64,000 nt of DNA from Carcharhinus amblyrhynchos (taxonomy: Eukaryota). This document shows, one piece after another, positions 1 through 13,339 of the stretch. Made by a program: the position numbers and the translations under genes. The stretch is from the NCBI GenBank assembly GCA_965287045.1, contig OZ336885.1:63364001-63428000 (forward strand), read 5' to 3'. Each line of letters opens with the position of its first letter. Position 1 is the first letter of the stretch. The notes under the pieces are model-generated. The model was not told the DNA's origin. It was given only the letters and a program-made list of their open reading frames with translations, and did not search any database.

Positions 1-53
1 CCAGCATTTTTTTTAATTTACATCTTGATTTCAAAGTGCATGTCTTCGCCTAC

Positions 54-68
54 CTCTCTTTAGTTTTT
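54..68 (-). CDS. 15-nt microexon (E)KLKR
   Basis: tttctgatctcattgcag|aaaaactaaagagag|gtaggc; similar to exon 22785-22799. Confidence 0.65.
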
Positions 69-3000
69 CTGCAATGAGATCAGAAATATTTTTCTGTTGT
101 TATAAATAAGGGTGTATTACTGACCATATGGTAAAATCAGGAATCGTTTCTGCAGTGCGGAAAAACAAACCGTACGAAGGGAACATCATTGTTGAAGCAA
201 ATGGAGATGGATGGACAAAGACGCTGCCCAAATGCACTGCTATAACACATAGTGTGAGCTGAGATCATTGAGCATCTTGAAATGCCATTGTCATTTTTAT
301 AGCATTGCATTCAATTCATCATCTGTTTATTTATCGTTTCTACTGACTTTAATACTCCTTGTGTTGTATGATGGTGCTTTCCTTCAAGTTACCAGTTGAT
401 ATCAAGTTCTGTCACGACAACTTTTCCTCAGGACTAAACCATTTATGACGATATTTGCAGCGTATTAACAGAAGGGCAACTGTTGTGCGGCGTTTCCAAA
501 TACTAAACTGATGCCCAGTAAAATGAAAACAACTGTTGTGCCCATTGTGCTTCACAGCACCTCAGTTTACCATATAACACAGAGTTGAACAAACTGAACT
601 AAAGGAGGAAACGTTTTGAGGAATGGCTCTACTCAGTTGTTGGTTTATATGAGATATGAGACAGCTTTCCATGACCTGTTTCTGACGTCGGTATTGTAAT
701 AGCGCGCCTAAATCTTGGATAGAACCAGAACTTATTGTAGCACTCATGTTGTCAGTACTATCCGTGGAACATTGTCAAAGACTTTGATCTTTGTTGTATC
801 CATTAAGTTTAGTTGTAATCGGTTTCATTATTAGTGTACTTAGTTGGATGAAACGTTTCACGTGTAATGTTTCACGAGGGCATGGTTTGATGAAAATTTA
901 CTTAATTTTCTTAATTTACTGGGATTTTTTGCATGTATAACGTTGCCATATTTCGGGATGCTATGTTCTGCACTGACTGGTTGTTGTTTTTTTCGTCATT
1001 GCAGATGGTGAATTTATTCATTTTGCTCTTCCCTTCGATGATTGGATGTGCTCAAGCTTTCACTTACGAACAGAGTAGGCTTGCAGTACATTTAATGCAT
1101 TCAATGTTATATTGTTTACATCTATGCAGTTTGTCTGCTGATTGGAAATCAAGAAACCTTGTGTCAAGCCTGGAACTGTTTCATAAACAATTTTAAGAAA
1201 TGTCACAATCTCCTCGTGGAATACCCTCCTGAAATTATCATTACAAGTTTGGAGATACGGCGGGTTCAATGCAAATTTGCGAATCGGGTATGTTGCTGGA
1301 TTTTAAACATTCAGTCCCTTTCTCCTCCTTCTGATGGGCCAGAAAGGCACAGAGATGTTCAGTATTTTTTTCCCCCTTCTTTCTGCCCCAAATATTTGTA
1401 AGTCACATCAGCGCCAGTAGCATTTTACACAATATTGTTTCTTTTCATTTTGAAGATACGGTACCTTACCCCCAACTTCCCTGTGGTGACCAGAATGAAG
1501 AATATAGCGATTGGCAGTTGCGTTTGTGACAGGTATATTGCTGAGAAAGATACCGTGTGTCTCAATTTCTTCTTGCTTTCCTCATCTCTAATAATCTAAG
1601 TAATAAGCAGATGTAGCCTCCAGGACGCACAAGATATTTAGGAAATATACTATTGAGCCACTCATATTGTTGCATGTTGAAGCCAGCAACAGAGAGTATC
1701 TTCTATTTCATTGAGTGCCTGCGATTCTTCTAAATGGTTTTCATTATTGTTGAGCGTTGATTCATCATTTGATTTTGAATGTTCACAGATAACAATTAAA
1801 AAAAAAATCGTTGACAATGATTGAACAGATTTGTGGAGTGGAGTTAATTCAGATCAATTCTGGAGAACTCGTTTCCGAATGCACACTGTGTCATGCGTCA
1901 CAACTTTGGAATGGCGTGGCTGTTATAATCCAGGGTAGAAACCACAATAGAGTTTAAGATGTCAGACTCAACAATAATTCTTGAAAATTGAAGTTGGAAC
2001 GGGTGGGTAAAAGATGTTACTTGAGATGTGTTTCCGCCGATTCACCTGGGAGCTGTTATTCAAGATTAGAGATGACATACCGAATCAAAATTAGCTTTCA
2101 CCTTCACGAATTACAAAAAAAAACAAAGTCCGATTTTGCATAAGCCTTAACCACTAAACGCATTGTTGCACCGAAACAGACCTCCCTGTAACACACACCC
2201 TCCCGGGAATTAGCAAAGAAAAGTAAGAATGCTCAAGTGCTTTTTTGGGCTTTGTAAACTCTGCTGTTTATTTTTCCTTTTGTTGAATAATTGAATCTCT
2301 GGCTTCTCCGTTCTGGAAATCACTGCATCTGGAGGTAGAGTTAGTGCCACCCTGTGAAACTAGCTTGCAGCATACGCAGCAAAGTGTTAATTCTTTGAAG
2401 GCAAGTAAAACTGCAAACATCGTATCACCAGAATTTATAATGCCAGCCAGAGTCGCTATAACAGTGCTTTTTTAGTCTAAAATCCAACAGCTTCTAAATA
2501 GACAGCACGAATGGTTAAATATCCATGCAGCAGGCATCACAATTGCTATTTTGTCGTTATCTTTCCAGAGTTGAACTCGGATCCGCAGCTTATATGAGAT
2601 ATGACATTCATTCGAATAAAGATGTCGTTTGTCAACCTAACTTCGATTGTCACTTCGATGATGGAGTTTTTTTTTTCTTGTTGTTGCATGGAAAAATTGC
2701 AATGTTTTATGCAAATGACTGGCATATGAATGTCAGATGACGTGAGTTGCACAATCTCCTTGTTCTGAAACTAGGTGTGCACTGATAGAAATGTAATCGT
2801 AACGTCCGAAATGTATATCTAAACCATTGGGTTTCCTTGTGCAGTCGGATGTAAAGGACGGAGTTTTAGAGGTTGCACCTCTAATGTTTGCAAAACGTCG
2901 GGCACATTGAACGGGATCGTTTGCAAGTACTGGTTCAGCTGGGAAATCCATGTCCGCACTGTACTGACTCGTGTAATGAATTGTTTTGAAATCATCACTG

Positions 3001-3199
3001 GCGTTACTCAATTTGGAGGAAAAATGACAGTCTTATTCATTTTCCACAGATACCTGTATTGCCTAATTTTACTCATTTAGGGCATGCATTTGTCAGTGAT
3101 GAGCCCAGAATTATGTGCCGATCCGCAATTAACAAGAACAATGATTCAGTGTACTATTCTAAATGAATCGTTGCAGTCTCTGTTGTGTCACGGAAACCA

Positions 3200-3635
3200 G
3201 CGCGATTTTAGAGGGCTTGGCTGTGAAGAGAGATGAGAGAAACTTGATTTCGTCTCACTGGACCGACGGAGGTTGAGAGGCGAATTGATAAATGTTTACA
3301 AAATTATGAGGGGCATGGACGGAGTGGATAGTCAGAAGATTTTTCCAAGGCTGGAAGACGTATACGCTCAGCTCAAGGTTTAAATAAAATGTACATGCCT
3401 AGTTTTGTTTTACAAAGAGAGTGATGTGTGCCTGGAAGTCGCTGCCTGGAGAAGTAGTGGAAGCAGATAGGATAGTGTCTTTTAAGGGGCTTCTGGACAT
3501 ATGCACGAATACGAGGGAATAGAGAAATATGTTCCCCGAAAGGGGAGGGGGTTTTAGTTAAATCGGGCAACATTGTAGACGTAGGTTTGGAAGACCGAAG
3601 GGCCTGTTGCCATACTGTAATTTTCCTCGTCCTTT
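3200..3635 (+). mobile_element. CR1 LINE 3' fragment, decayed
   Basis: ORF2 C-terminal-like segment (cgacggaggttgagaggcgaattgataaatgtttacaaaattatgagggg) and CR1-type tail gaagggcctgtt. Confidence 0.8.
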
Positions 3636-4064
3636 CGTTTTTACTGAGATCCGATATTTTGACAAATAAATTATAGGACAGGGATATATTTACACGTAGG
3701 CATTACAAATCAAGATGACACACTGTTCTGTTAATCATCGCTGAATATTTGCAGGAGAGGTGTCAAACATCGGATAAGAATTATTACATTTCATTAAGTT
3801 TGCACTTTTTATTAAGGAACAGATTACCCCGTCCCAACGCTTCCCCATAACTTTCTGCGTTTACCACAACCCATTCACCAGTGTTGCACATCCTCGGACA
3901 GAGTAGTCAAAAGAAACGCACTGAAACAGGGCGATAATGTTTAAGGTCCAGTCACCGTCGCATAATGCTGGAATAAAATACGTTTCCTTTCGTTGTGAGA
4001 GAGCAGTGTTTATTTGACGATATGAGCGCTTTGTTCAGCGTGGTTTAAAAACAAGATGAGTAAC

Positions 4065-4120
4065 GTTGGATGTGCAATTAACCAGTAATTTGAGAATTAC
4101 TGGTTGATTACGCGTTCAAC
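4065..4120 (+). repeat. 56-nt inverted repeat (26-bp stem hairpin)
   Basis: Arms 4065-4090 and 4095-4120: 21 Watson-Crick pairs, 4 G-U pairs, 1 mismatch, loop tgag. Confidence 0.85.
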
Positions 4121-5598
4121 TTCACTTTTTTTTTGACTTTGCAGTTACTGCGTGTGCCCACCCTGATGTATCGTCACATGAAGACACCCCACTTTATTAT
4201 TATTGTCCTAAATGCGTTTATACCCATTCATTTTGTTCTTCTCAAGGATAAACCATCCCTTCTCTCAGCTGTGGAACGTTGAAGATTAGGTAATGGATCG
4301 TTTTTAATTTCAACGGATGCTGGTTGGTACTGGTTCGCTTGAAATTGCGCTTTTCTGAAATTGTTGGGCTTCAAGCACTCTGGAGCATAAAAACGTAAAA
4401 AAAAAGAAATCCTGAAAAATTCACTTACTGCCAGATCACTCCGCTCCCGTATTATTTAATAGTAATTCTCAACTCAGCATCAATGACCTCGCCAACACAG
4501 AAAGCATTGGTGAGTGTTTAATCTCCTCGATCATTTCAGTGCTACGTGACTTCATCTTGATGCAAAATACTTTAAACACAACTTCACTTTACTTCGTCCT
4601 TGCCACTCCCAGAAGCAACTGTCGGTGTTTCCATCCAATCTTGCGACTGCCAACACACATCAGTCGTGGTTAATGTCCATTGTCTTAAAACAATACATAT
4701 GTAATTAATTCATGTTACGTGCGGTTGCCGTGCTCCACAGCTGCCCTCGTAAATAGAAGAAAACCAGCAGAGAACACGACCTACGAAAATTCATTCACAA
4801 TGGAGCAGTGTATGATAGATTGGCACATGCCTTCTTAACCAATGTGCACAAATCAGGCTGCACATGTGTTCGCTTCAAACAGCAGAGCTCACCAATAAAA
4901 CAAAATATTGAGAGGATGGCTTGACTTTTTAAAAAATATTTTGTGGATTTGAGCAGAGTCTGACTGCGGTCATGCAAGAACGAACACAGCGAGGTAAAAT
5001 AAGAAATGAAAACAATTATGTAAATTGTGCGGCCCACGTCGAGTGAAAGAATGAAACATCACGCCAACCCCATGCGCATCCCATATAAAATATCTCAACA
5101 GAGCGTGTGCCATTAACAAAAAAAACTTTTTCTCTGAAATTGCGTTCTGCAGTGATTCCCATTCAGCTGTTCTTAATTATCTTTATTATTGTCTAATTCG
5201 GACTGTGCATCCGAATGCACTTCAGTAAAATTATGAATTCCGGTCTCAGAAATCGTTTAAAATTCCGAAATCATTGGCAAGTTTTCAAGCTTTTTGCCTT
5301 GCCCTCATCAGTACAAGTGTAGAAATGCGAACATTCAAGGCACTATAGCAGTTGAGACTGAAAGGGGAGAGTGGCACGCGTTAACAAACACTGTCCGTTT
5401 GCCCGAGACGTTGCTCTGGAGAAATCAAGAATGAACCACAGTCCATTGAATGTTGTGACATAGCAATGCCGTTGTATTAGCTCTGATTTTAAGTGAAAAA
5501 AAAAATGTTTGCCGAAAAGGTGAAGCTGCTTTTCAACATAACTCGCTTTTTTCAATCATAAATGAGCCATGTTTACTGGATCTAACAACTTTGCTTAC

Positions 5599-5613
5599 GT
5601 GGAGTCGATGCCG
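5599..5613 (-). CDS. Tentative 15-nt microexon (A)ASTP
   Basis: gatcattatcag|cggcatcgactccac|gtaagc; good donor, weak acceptor, frame-compatible. Confidence 0.3.
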
Positions 5614-8027
5614 CTGATAATGATCATCACGATGTTTAATAAAAGTGTCAAAATCGAATGCGAACATCTGACAGGGATTTTTTTTTTAATGGGGCGTCTC
5701 TCACTCAGTCTGATGGCCACGATGTGGATTGTGCGGCTTAATTCAGTCAATTAATCATAGGGGCACCCAATCGATTGGCTTCACACTGGAACAACAGTAA
5801 AACCCAGACATTCTTGCTAACTATTTGCCAGGCAGTACGAGTTTTTTTGGGGTGAAAAGAAACACCTTCTAATTGAACACAAAACATAGAAAAGATGGCA
5901 GAGTGGACTGTTTGAAATTACATGCTTAATCCGTTCAGAATTTCTGAAAGAAAAACGTCGGAGAGAATTTTGAAGTGGAACAGGTTCTTTTCATGTATGA
6001 ATTTGCTAGAGTTCGGTAAAAAAAAAGAGCTCTCAGATCAGGATAATGGTTTAAAATAGTGCTAATCTTTTAGAGTGTTCAACGGCTGATCGCAATGACA
6101 AACAGCATGTGTCTCAAATCGTCCTTGTAAGAAAACTGATCAGGAAAATAGTATGTAAGCTGGACGTATTATTGCCCCAATACGTATATTCACCCAATGT
6201 AGATAGCAATTGCGATCTTTTTTTTTTGTATTGTGGCACATATTACAGTGTACCTGCACCCACATATAGGGAAAATATGGATCTTTGGAATGATGCATCT
6301 CAGCAGTGAATTGGTGGACACTGTATGCAACGCGGCGTTCTGCTGATTTATTTTCTGTGCATTGAGAGCATGTATGGGAAATGATCCCACAGTTAAGTAT
6401 TTTTTTAATAAAAAAGTGTATTTTTAGTGGACGTTGATAAAAAAAAAATATATTGTTACTCGCAAAAGTAAGAGGGCATCCCATTGTTTCTCCAATTATT
6501 TGGAACTACGCTGAATTATTAGATTTTAAAACCATTATGAGGTAGACATTTCTGCGGACATGCAGTGGCTTTGACGACTTGTGGCATTCACTGCGACAAA
6601 ACTGCACTCTGTCGAATGAGATGTAATTGTTGCCACAGAATTGAACAATATTTTGAGCCAACACCAATATCTATGTTATACGACAGATAAGGGGCACAAT
6701 TCACAATGCTCCCTGGAATGACTAAAAAAAAAGTTTCCTTGCTGGTAACATGCTAATATCTATAACAACCAGGCCGTTCTTGCCGACACCACAAAAAAAA
6801 GAAGGCATTTACCTCCTGAATAATCTCAAATGCTCTGATGTTGACGTTCAGAGTTGTAATTTTGCTTGATTAAACGTGCCAAAACCATCTTACGAAACAG
6901 CACATCAAAATGTTCTCTGAATATAACACCAATATGACTAGGTCTTGGATATATGTTATTGAATTTGAACTTGGCCGAACTCTTGCTTTTTTTTCTTAAT
7001 TTAGCCATCTAAATAGTGTTGATAAGTCACCAATCAGTGTCAATTTCCCCAGCATTAAGACACTTTTTTTTATTATGAAGTGGTGTTTTACTTATTCCGA
7101 CTTCGAGCTTTTATATCTTTATATATTAATAATTAATGTTCAGCTAAAAAAAAAATGCTCTCACCCAATTCTTCCTGAGTATTGTTGAGGTCTTGGAGTA
7201 CTGAAAATTCATGTCAGAAGAAAATATTTCACCGGCTTATTTTATTTAATGCATATTAATTGTTTGCAAACGTTCCTTAATTTTAACGTGTCAATCAATC
7301 GAAGCACGTACGTTGACATTGTATTGGTCAGAAACTGTATTTTTTTTTCAATTTATTTTACTATAGCCACAAACATTAGTTACGGCGAAAATGAATGTTG
7401 TTTCTTGCTCGTTATGCAAACAAAGCACTCCGCGAAATAAATGAGAAGGTGCAGTCCGTAGCATTACAGTATCCTTCGGGTGTCCGGAAACATCAATATC
7501 ATTTAAGGTGAACAAGGATAAATTAGAACAATAATAGAGATTTGTTTAAATGGATGGATACAGTTTTAGAAGTCTGGAACAACAGTAAAATATACAACTG
7601 GAGGCATGTTGGGGATTGCTCACACGATTTCTCCAGGCACCTGCGCCATCTTTTATCAGATGGTGTTGATTGGCGCCAGCGTTTGTTTTTCTCATTTATT
7701 TGTTCGTATTGCCGCTCAATTTATATGGCAAGAAGCAATCAAATTTGTGGCAAAATATACCAAGGAAAGCAATCAAACAGAATGTCGGAAATGCTACAGT
7801 GTTATTTCTTTGCATTGATCGTAGTCTGTTTGAAAGTTCGGTGTTTTGCAAATAACAATAAAAGAAGGTTGCAGATAATTGACATACGTCCCTAAGTGCG
7901 TTTTTGTCTTTGGTTTGAGATCTGCTTCCGAAGCTGCCAATCAGTGAGTGACAAAAAACAGAAGTATTTATATTGACAAATTAGAGAACATGTTTAAATT
8001 TGCTTTTCAGCGAAGTAGCATATGTAA

Positions 8028-8165
8028 AAAAGAACATAAGAACACAAGAAATAGCAGCAGGAATCGGCCGTCTAGCCCTTCGAGCCTGCCCCGCCATTCA
8101 ACAAGATCATGGCTGATCTGAAGTGGATCAGTTCCACTTCCCCGCTTTCTCCCCATAACCCTTAT
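8028..8165 (-). mobile_element. CR1 LINE 3' tail fragment
   Basis: aagaacataag tail repeat plus cccttcgagcctgccccgccattcaacaagatcatggctgatctg, matching the tail of the 60260 copy. Confidence 0.85.
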
Positions 8166-8393
8166 TTTCAGACAAGAAACTTCAGGCAATGTTTCAGACA
8201 AGAAACTGTCTGACGAAGCAGGACTGCGCAGTCTTATTTTCGCATTGCCGCAACTGCAAGGGAAACACACGGATTGCCATTTTTTTTTCATCGAATCTAT
8301 TCCGTTAACTTGTCAAAGCACTACTCACTTTTTTCGATATATTTTCAATAGAGTTTGATATCCTGGCAAGAGGTTGGCGAAATCGCAGCTTAC

Positions 8394-8420
8394 CCAAGTT
8401 CTTTTCATCGGTTTCTTCTC
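8394..8420 (-). CDS. 27-nt microexon (R)EETDEKNL
   Basis: ctaatttccttttctttcag|gagaagaaaccgatgaaaagaacttgg|gtaagc. Confidence 0.8.
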
Positions 8421-9004
8421 CTGAAAGAAAAGGAAATTAGTGTAATGGTAAGGTGAATGCGGCATACGTTAGAGTTTTACCATGCCCGAACGATTACATT
8501 TTCTCTGATCAGAAGATTTTAAATTTAACTGCTTATGTTTTGCTATCATTTTCATTCCTGAGAAGGTATGCTTGAAGTTGTATTTGCGTAAAGTAGCTAC
8601 CATCTCAAGGAGGTGTGGTTATATATATATAAAAAAAGGTTAACGCCCAATACTGCATACTTTTTTGTAGCTGAACATTCGCGTAGCTCATTTTCTAAAT
8701 TCCCCTCATATTTAACATAAATGAACAGGCCATTTCTCTCGAAACCCTAATCGCGATTCTCAGCTCCACAGGAGATGATCCTAATGGATTATTCCTGGGA
8801 ATGTCAACGTACTTGTTTAGACATCTCACCCGTGTTATGGTTCAGTATTAGTTTGATTGTCTTTATTCGATTTAATAGGGTTCGATTTATTGACATACAG
8901 TAACAATCATTGTTTTGTTTGTGCCACAACGTCAAATCATACACGACATTGAGAACGAAAGAAAAAAAACATATTACGGCCATAGGCAGTGTATTTAGAA
9001 AATA

Positions 9005-10292
9005 AGGCATAAGAACATAATAAATGGGAACAGGAGTAGGCCATCTAGCCCCTCTAGCCTGTCCCACCATTCAATAAGATCCTGGCTGAACTGATATGAT
9101 AGTGGTTTATTTCCACTTCCCCACCTGCTCCTCATGAACCTTAACTCCCTTCTGATCAGAAATCTATCTACCTGGAACTTAAACATATTTAACGAGCTAG
9201 CCTTCACAGCTTCAATGGACAGAGAATTCCAGGGATTCAACACCCTCTGAGAGAAGAAGATCCTCCTCAACTCTGTTCTAATTTGGCTCCCACTTATTTT
9301 GAGGCTCTGACCTCTAGTTCTTGTTTCCTTTCTAAAGGGAAATAACCTCTCTGCCTCCACTCTGTCTCGCCCCTTCATTATCTTATATGTCTCTACAAGA
9401 TCTTCCCTCAGCTTTCTCAACTCCAACGAGTACATGCCCAATCTATTCAACCTTTCCTCATAAGCTAACCCCCTCAGCTCCGTTTTCAAACTGGTGAACC
9501 TTCACTGTACTCCCTCCAAGACCAATATGTCCTTTCGAAAAACTGCACACAGTACTCTAGTTGCGGCCTCAAAGACACTTGTACAATTGCAACAAGACCT
9601 TCCTACTTTTACACTTCATTTCCCTCATAATAAAGGCCAACATTCCATTTGCCTTCTTGATCACCTGCTGCACCTCCGATTCATGCACGAGGGTGCCCAG
9701 GTCCCTCTGCATGATGATTTTGGTTTTTTTTTACCTTTTAAATAGTAGTCCATTTTACTATTATTCCTTCCAAAGTGGGTAACCTCACATTTGTGAACGT
9801 TATATTCCATCTGCCAGATCCTCGCCCACTCATTTAACTTATTCAAATCTCTCTGCAGAATTTCCACATCCTCCACACAATTCACGTTCCCACTCATCTT
9901 TGTGTCATTAGCAAAATTTGTTACCCTACACTAGACCTCTTCTTCCAGATTGTTTATATATATAGTAAAAAGTTGAGGCCCCAGCACTGATCCCTGTGAC
10001 ACACCACTAGTCACCAACTGCCAGTCAGAAAAACACCCATTTATTCCAACCACCTGCTCCCTGTTAGATAGCCAATCCTCAATCCACGCTAACTAAGCTC
10101 AACTCCATGTGCCTTAATCTTCTGCAGCAACCTTTTGTGAGGCACCTTATCGAACATCTTTTGGAAGTCTAAAATCACCACATCCACCAGTTCCCCTCTG
10201 TCAACCACACACGTTACGTCTTCATAAAAATACAGTAAGTTTGTCAACCACGACTTTCCCTTCATGAATTCATCCTGCGTTCGCTTGATCAA
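9005..10292 (-). mobile_element. CR1 LINE, 5'-truncated, frameshifted RT and 3' UTR
   Basis: ORFs 10089-10292 (LDFQKMFDKVPHKRL), 9661-9897 (WQMEYNVHKCEV), 8995-9489 (YEERLNRLGMYSLE). Confidence 0.95.
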
Positions 10293-11256
10293 ACTTGAAA
10301 AAGATTAACATAATACAAGGAAGGTCCAATCAAAATTTAATGACAGCAAGGAAGGTTTTTTTTTTCAGTCGTTTGATACATATCCTTAGATATTTGCATT
10401 TGTTTTTCCGAAAGTACGTGGAAGATAAATAAATCCCACCAATGTCTGAGAACATGAACAAACGAAGGTAGTTCATTTGTTCCCAACATTTGCTGCAGTG
10501 ATGTCTACATTATTCAATTAAGCAGAATGACTATGATTCCCCTGTATTTCTTGCTGTGACATTAGTATAAATATCGCACACATGGCAGGATGTATTCATA
10601 ATCTATGACAAATAATTCTGACATGATGAAATCATCTTTTCAGCCACCACATTGGCCTCCTCTTTGAAAGAGTTAAATTACATGGTTGATTTGTAGTCGA
10701 ACTGTAAATGCCAGTTTTGAGTTAAACTTTTGTTCCCATTATCAATATCGTAATAGATATGCTGACAAAATTATGTCAAGTAATGTTGATGTAATCTGCA
10801 TTGTGCACACAGCCAAGTGTTGAGCTATTAAAGATCCGCACAGATTTAAAGATTTCACAAATTCCAAGTCCTTTTTTTTCACAAAAATTGTAAAGGAATG
10901 GACGACACACAATATTCTAGGAATTATCATATGTATTCATCATATGTATTCTGGCAACAGAAGGGCGAGTAATGTCCACAATTAACCTACCCCGGGCAAT
11001 CTGCTACGTCCTTGATATGCCAAACATTCTCTGACCACGGTTGAAGGAAAACTTTCGGAAAACATGTTAGAAGATCATATTTTCCGTGGACACGGTTTCC
11101 CAAGGCTAAACCATTATTTGTGCAGGCTCTCGGCAACATTCTGTTACTTTGTGCATGGTTAGTATACCTAATCCGCCATGAAAATGGGAATTCAGCAACA
11201 ATTAAGTTGGTTCAAATCCATGAAAACTATACCATTGAAGTCCAGAAAGTACTTAC

Positions 11257-11283
11257 TGCACTTCTGCTCCAGTTCATCCAACT
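11257..11283 (-). CDS. 27-nt microexon (E)LDELEQKC
   Basis: gtatatttttcag|agttggatgaactggagcagaagtgca|gtaagt. Confidence 0.85.
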
Positions 11284-11454
11284 CTGAAAAATATACAATT
11301 TAATGGTTTGCGAAACCGAACAAGATACATCTCTGTATTGCTTTGCCGATATCTGTATATCCAAATTTCCTGATCAGAATGAGGCAAATGTTAGGAAATT
11401 GAAGCAATCAGCGAATAATGAGTACAATTTGCAGGCAGAGAAAATTGATTTTGC

Positions 11455-11650
11455 TTTGATTTGATTTATTATTGTCATGTGTGTCCGCATGTAGTGAAAA
11501 GTGCTGCTTTTTGCACGCTATACAAACAAAGCATGTTGTTCGTAGACAAGGGAACGGGAGAGTCGAATTTCATGCAAGGTAGGTTCATTCAAAAATCTGA
11601 CGGCAGCAGTGAAGAATATATTCTTCAGTCGGTTGGTATTTATTCAACAC
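11455..11650 (-). mobile_element. Non-LTR retrotransposon 3' end fragment (Rex1/Babar-like)
   Basis: tttgatttgatttattattgtca tail followed by aaaatctgacggcagcagtgaagaa...ttcttcagtcggttggta; recognised from memory of shark repeats. Confidence 0.5.
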
Positions 11651-13339
11651 GAGTGCTGCAAACATTTTCTCGGGTCAAGGAATGAGGATATCAACGTTAA
11701 TAAATTACCAAAGCGTTCTCGCATTGTGAGGAGAAAAAAAAATGCAAATGTCAACCTTAACTGCGTGACCTGTAGGCTGTAATCAATGTCTAAAAGTTAG
11801 CCTCCACCATTTGGGAGGCCGCCCTTTTCGCAAGCCCTCCGAAAAGCTCCCCCACCCCCCCAAAAAAAGGTAACTTCCAATGCTGCGATTAATTCAGACA
11901 CACTTTGTACAATAAACATTTGCTTCATATTCCCTGCCCACTCTTGCTCCGATTTCACATTACAGCTAAGCGTCTACTTCAATTTGTAACACATCCATAA
12001 TTATACCTTAATATAGATTGCAGAGTTGAATACCAGGTCTTAACAAATTCCTCAGAATGTGCAATACATATTTCCAAATCTTATGCCTACTATAAAAAAA
12101 ATCACGCAATACCCCTTTTATTTCCTAATCTCCGGAAATACTTGCAGCCTTCTTTTGTTTCTGATGAATGTGCAAGGCCACCCTGATGTTTCTATTTCAC
12201 TGATTCCAGCTTTTCCTCCACATATAAATGGACAGTTCCCGATACACACAATGCACCATACACATTCCCAGTCATTATAGTGAACTTGAAACATTTTTGA
12301 CCATTGACTTTACCGAACTATGTCACTTTGTAAGCTCACGATTCCGTTGTCCTCAATTACTTTGTTAACTTTCGTTGTATCCTTAGGTACTTATATGTCC
12401 CTTCCAAGTCATTGGCATATAAGCGTAATTTCTGAAGCTCTGGTACAAGTATCTGCAGTATCCCATTCGACAACTCGTGTTGATCCTAAAATGACTAAAC
12501 TGAGTATAATCCTTATTTCCTATTAGCCAAACAATGTTCCATTCATTTATGCATGAGCACTTACATTCTGTTGTAACCTGCGATGTGCACCTTCTGATTA
12601 CGCACATAATACAGATTCGGTCCCTTGCCCATTGTTCTATCGATGCTTGTTTTGTATTTAGAGTGGGATCTTGTACAGCAGGCATCGATGTTTCCAGAGT
12701 ATGTCTCATCATTGACCTGAATATTTTCAGGATTCATATAGTTAGCATCATAAAGTACACTTTGCCTGGAATTTACTTTACTTGGTGTGAATGCAATTGG
12801 ATGGTGACTTGCAAATCTGATGTTGCTGACATTAGGGAGTATCAGAAATGGATCATGCACTTCATCTCTCCAGTACTTTTACTGGCCTGTTGATAAATGT
12901 TTCAAAGTTGTCAGTTTAACTTAATTCAGCAACACACATCTTTCTGATTGTTGTGGAACATCTCCTAACTTTAAATACATAAAATCTAATCAACAATGAC
13001 AAGAGGTTGTGGCAGGAAAACAGAGTTCAGTTCTGATCTATTGACACGCAACCACTTGTCACTGAAAATCGCACTGTGTTCCATTGCTAATCTGTAGGCA
13101 TGTCCTTATGCACTTTTGCTTCAGCTAGCTTTTACTTCATCTGTCGACATGCAAACTGCTCTTGCTAATTGATTACACTGGGACACTGAGGATTATACCA
13201 TCGCATGGTGTACAGAGCACTGTAGAATGTATTTCTGTCGTTTTTCATGAATCTTAGTGATAAAAATCCGGCAGTACTTCAAGCTGGCAGTAAAGTTTCC
13301 GAGTTACGTTTTACACAGACATTCAAAATAATTCAATCG

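Noticed and set aside
6813-7008. 60-aa basic ORF MAKLRKKSK... with flanking splice-like sites
   Set aside because: All three frames stop before the donor; no recognisable homology.
7542-7895. Overlapping plus-strand ORFs with hydrophobic stretches (GPCR-like at first sight)
   Set aside because: No GPCR motifs; short ORFs in all three frames are consistent with chance.
11790-12560. Cys- and Gly-rich minus-strand translation resembling a viral glycoprotein (FGGVGELFGGLAK)
   Set aside because: Many stops, the motif comes from a poly-C/poly-A run, and there is no flanking viral or LTR feature.
12561-12860. 99-aa minus ORF with Tyr motifs (LYDANYMNP), receptor-tail-like
   Set aside because: The nearest acceptor (12886) is followed by a stop in this frame, and no family is recognisable.
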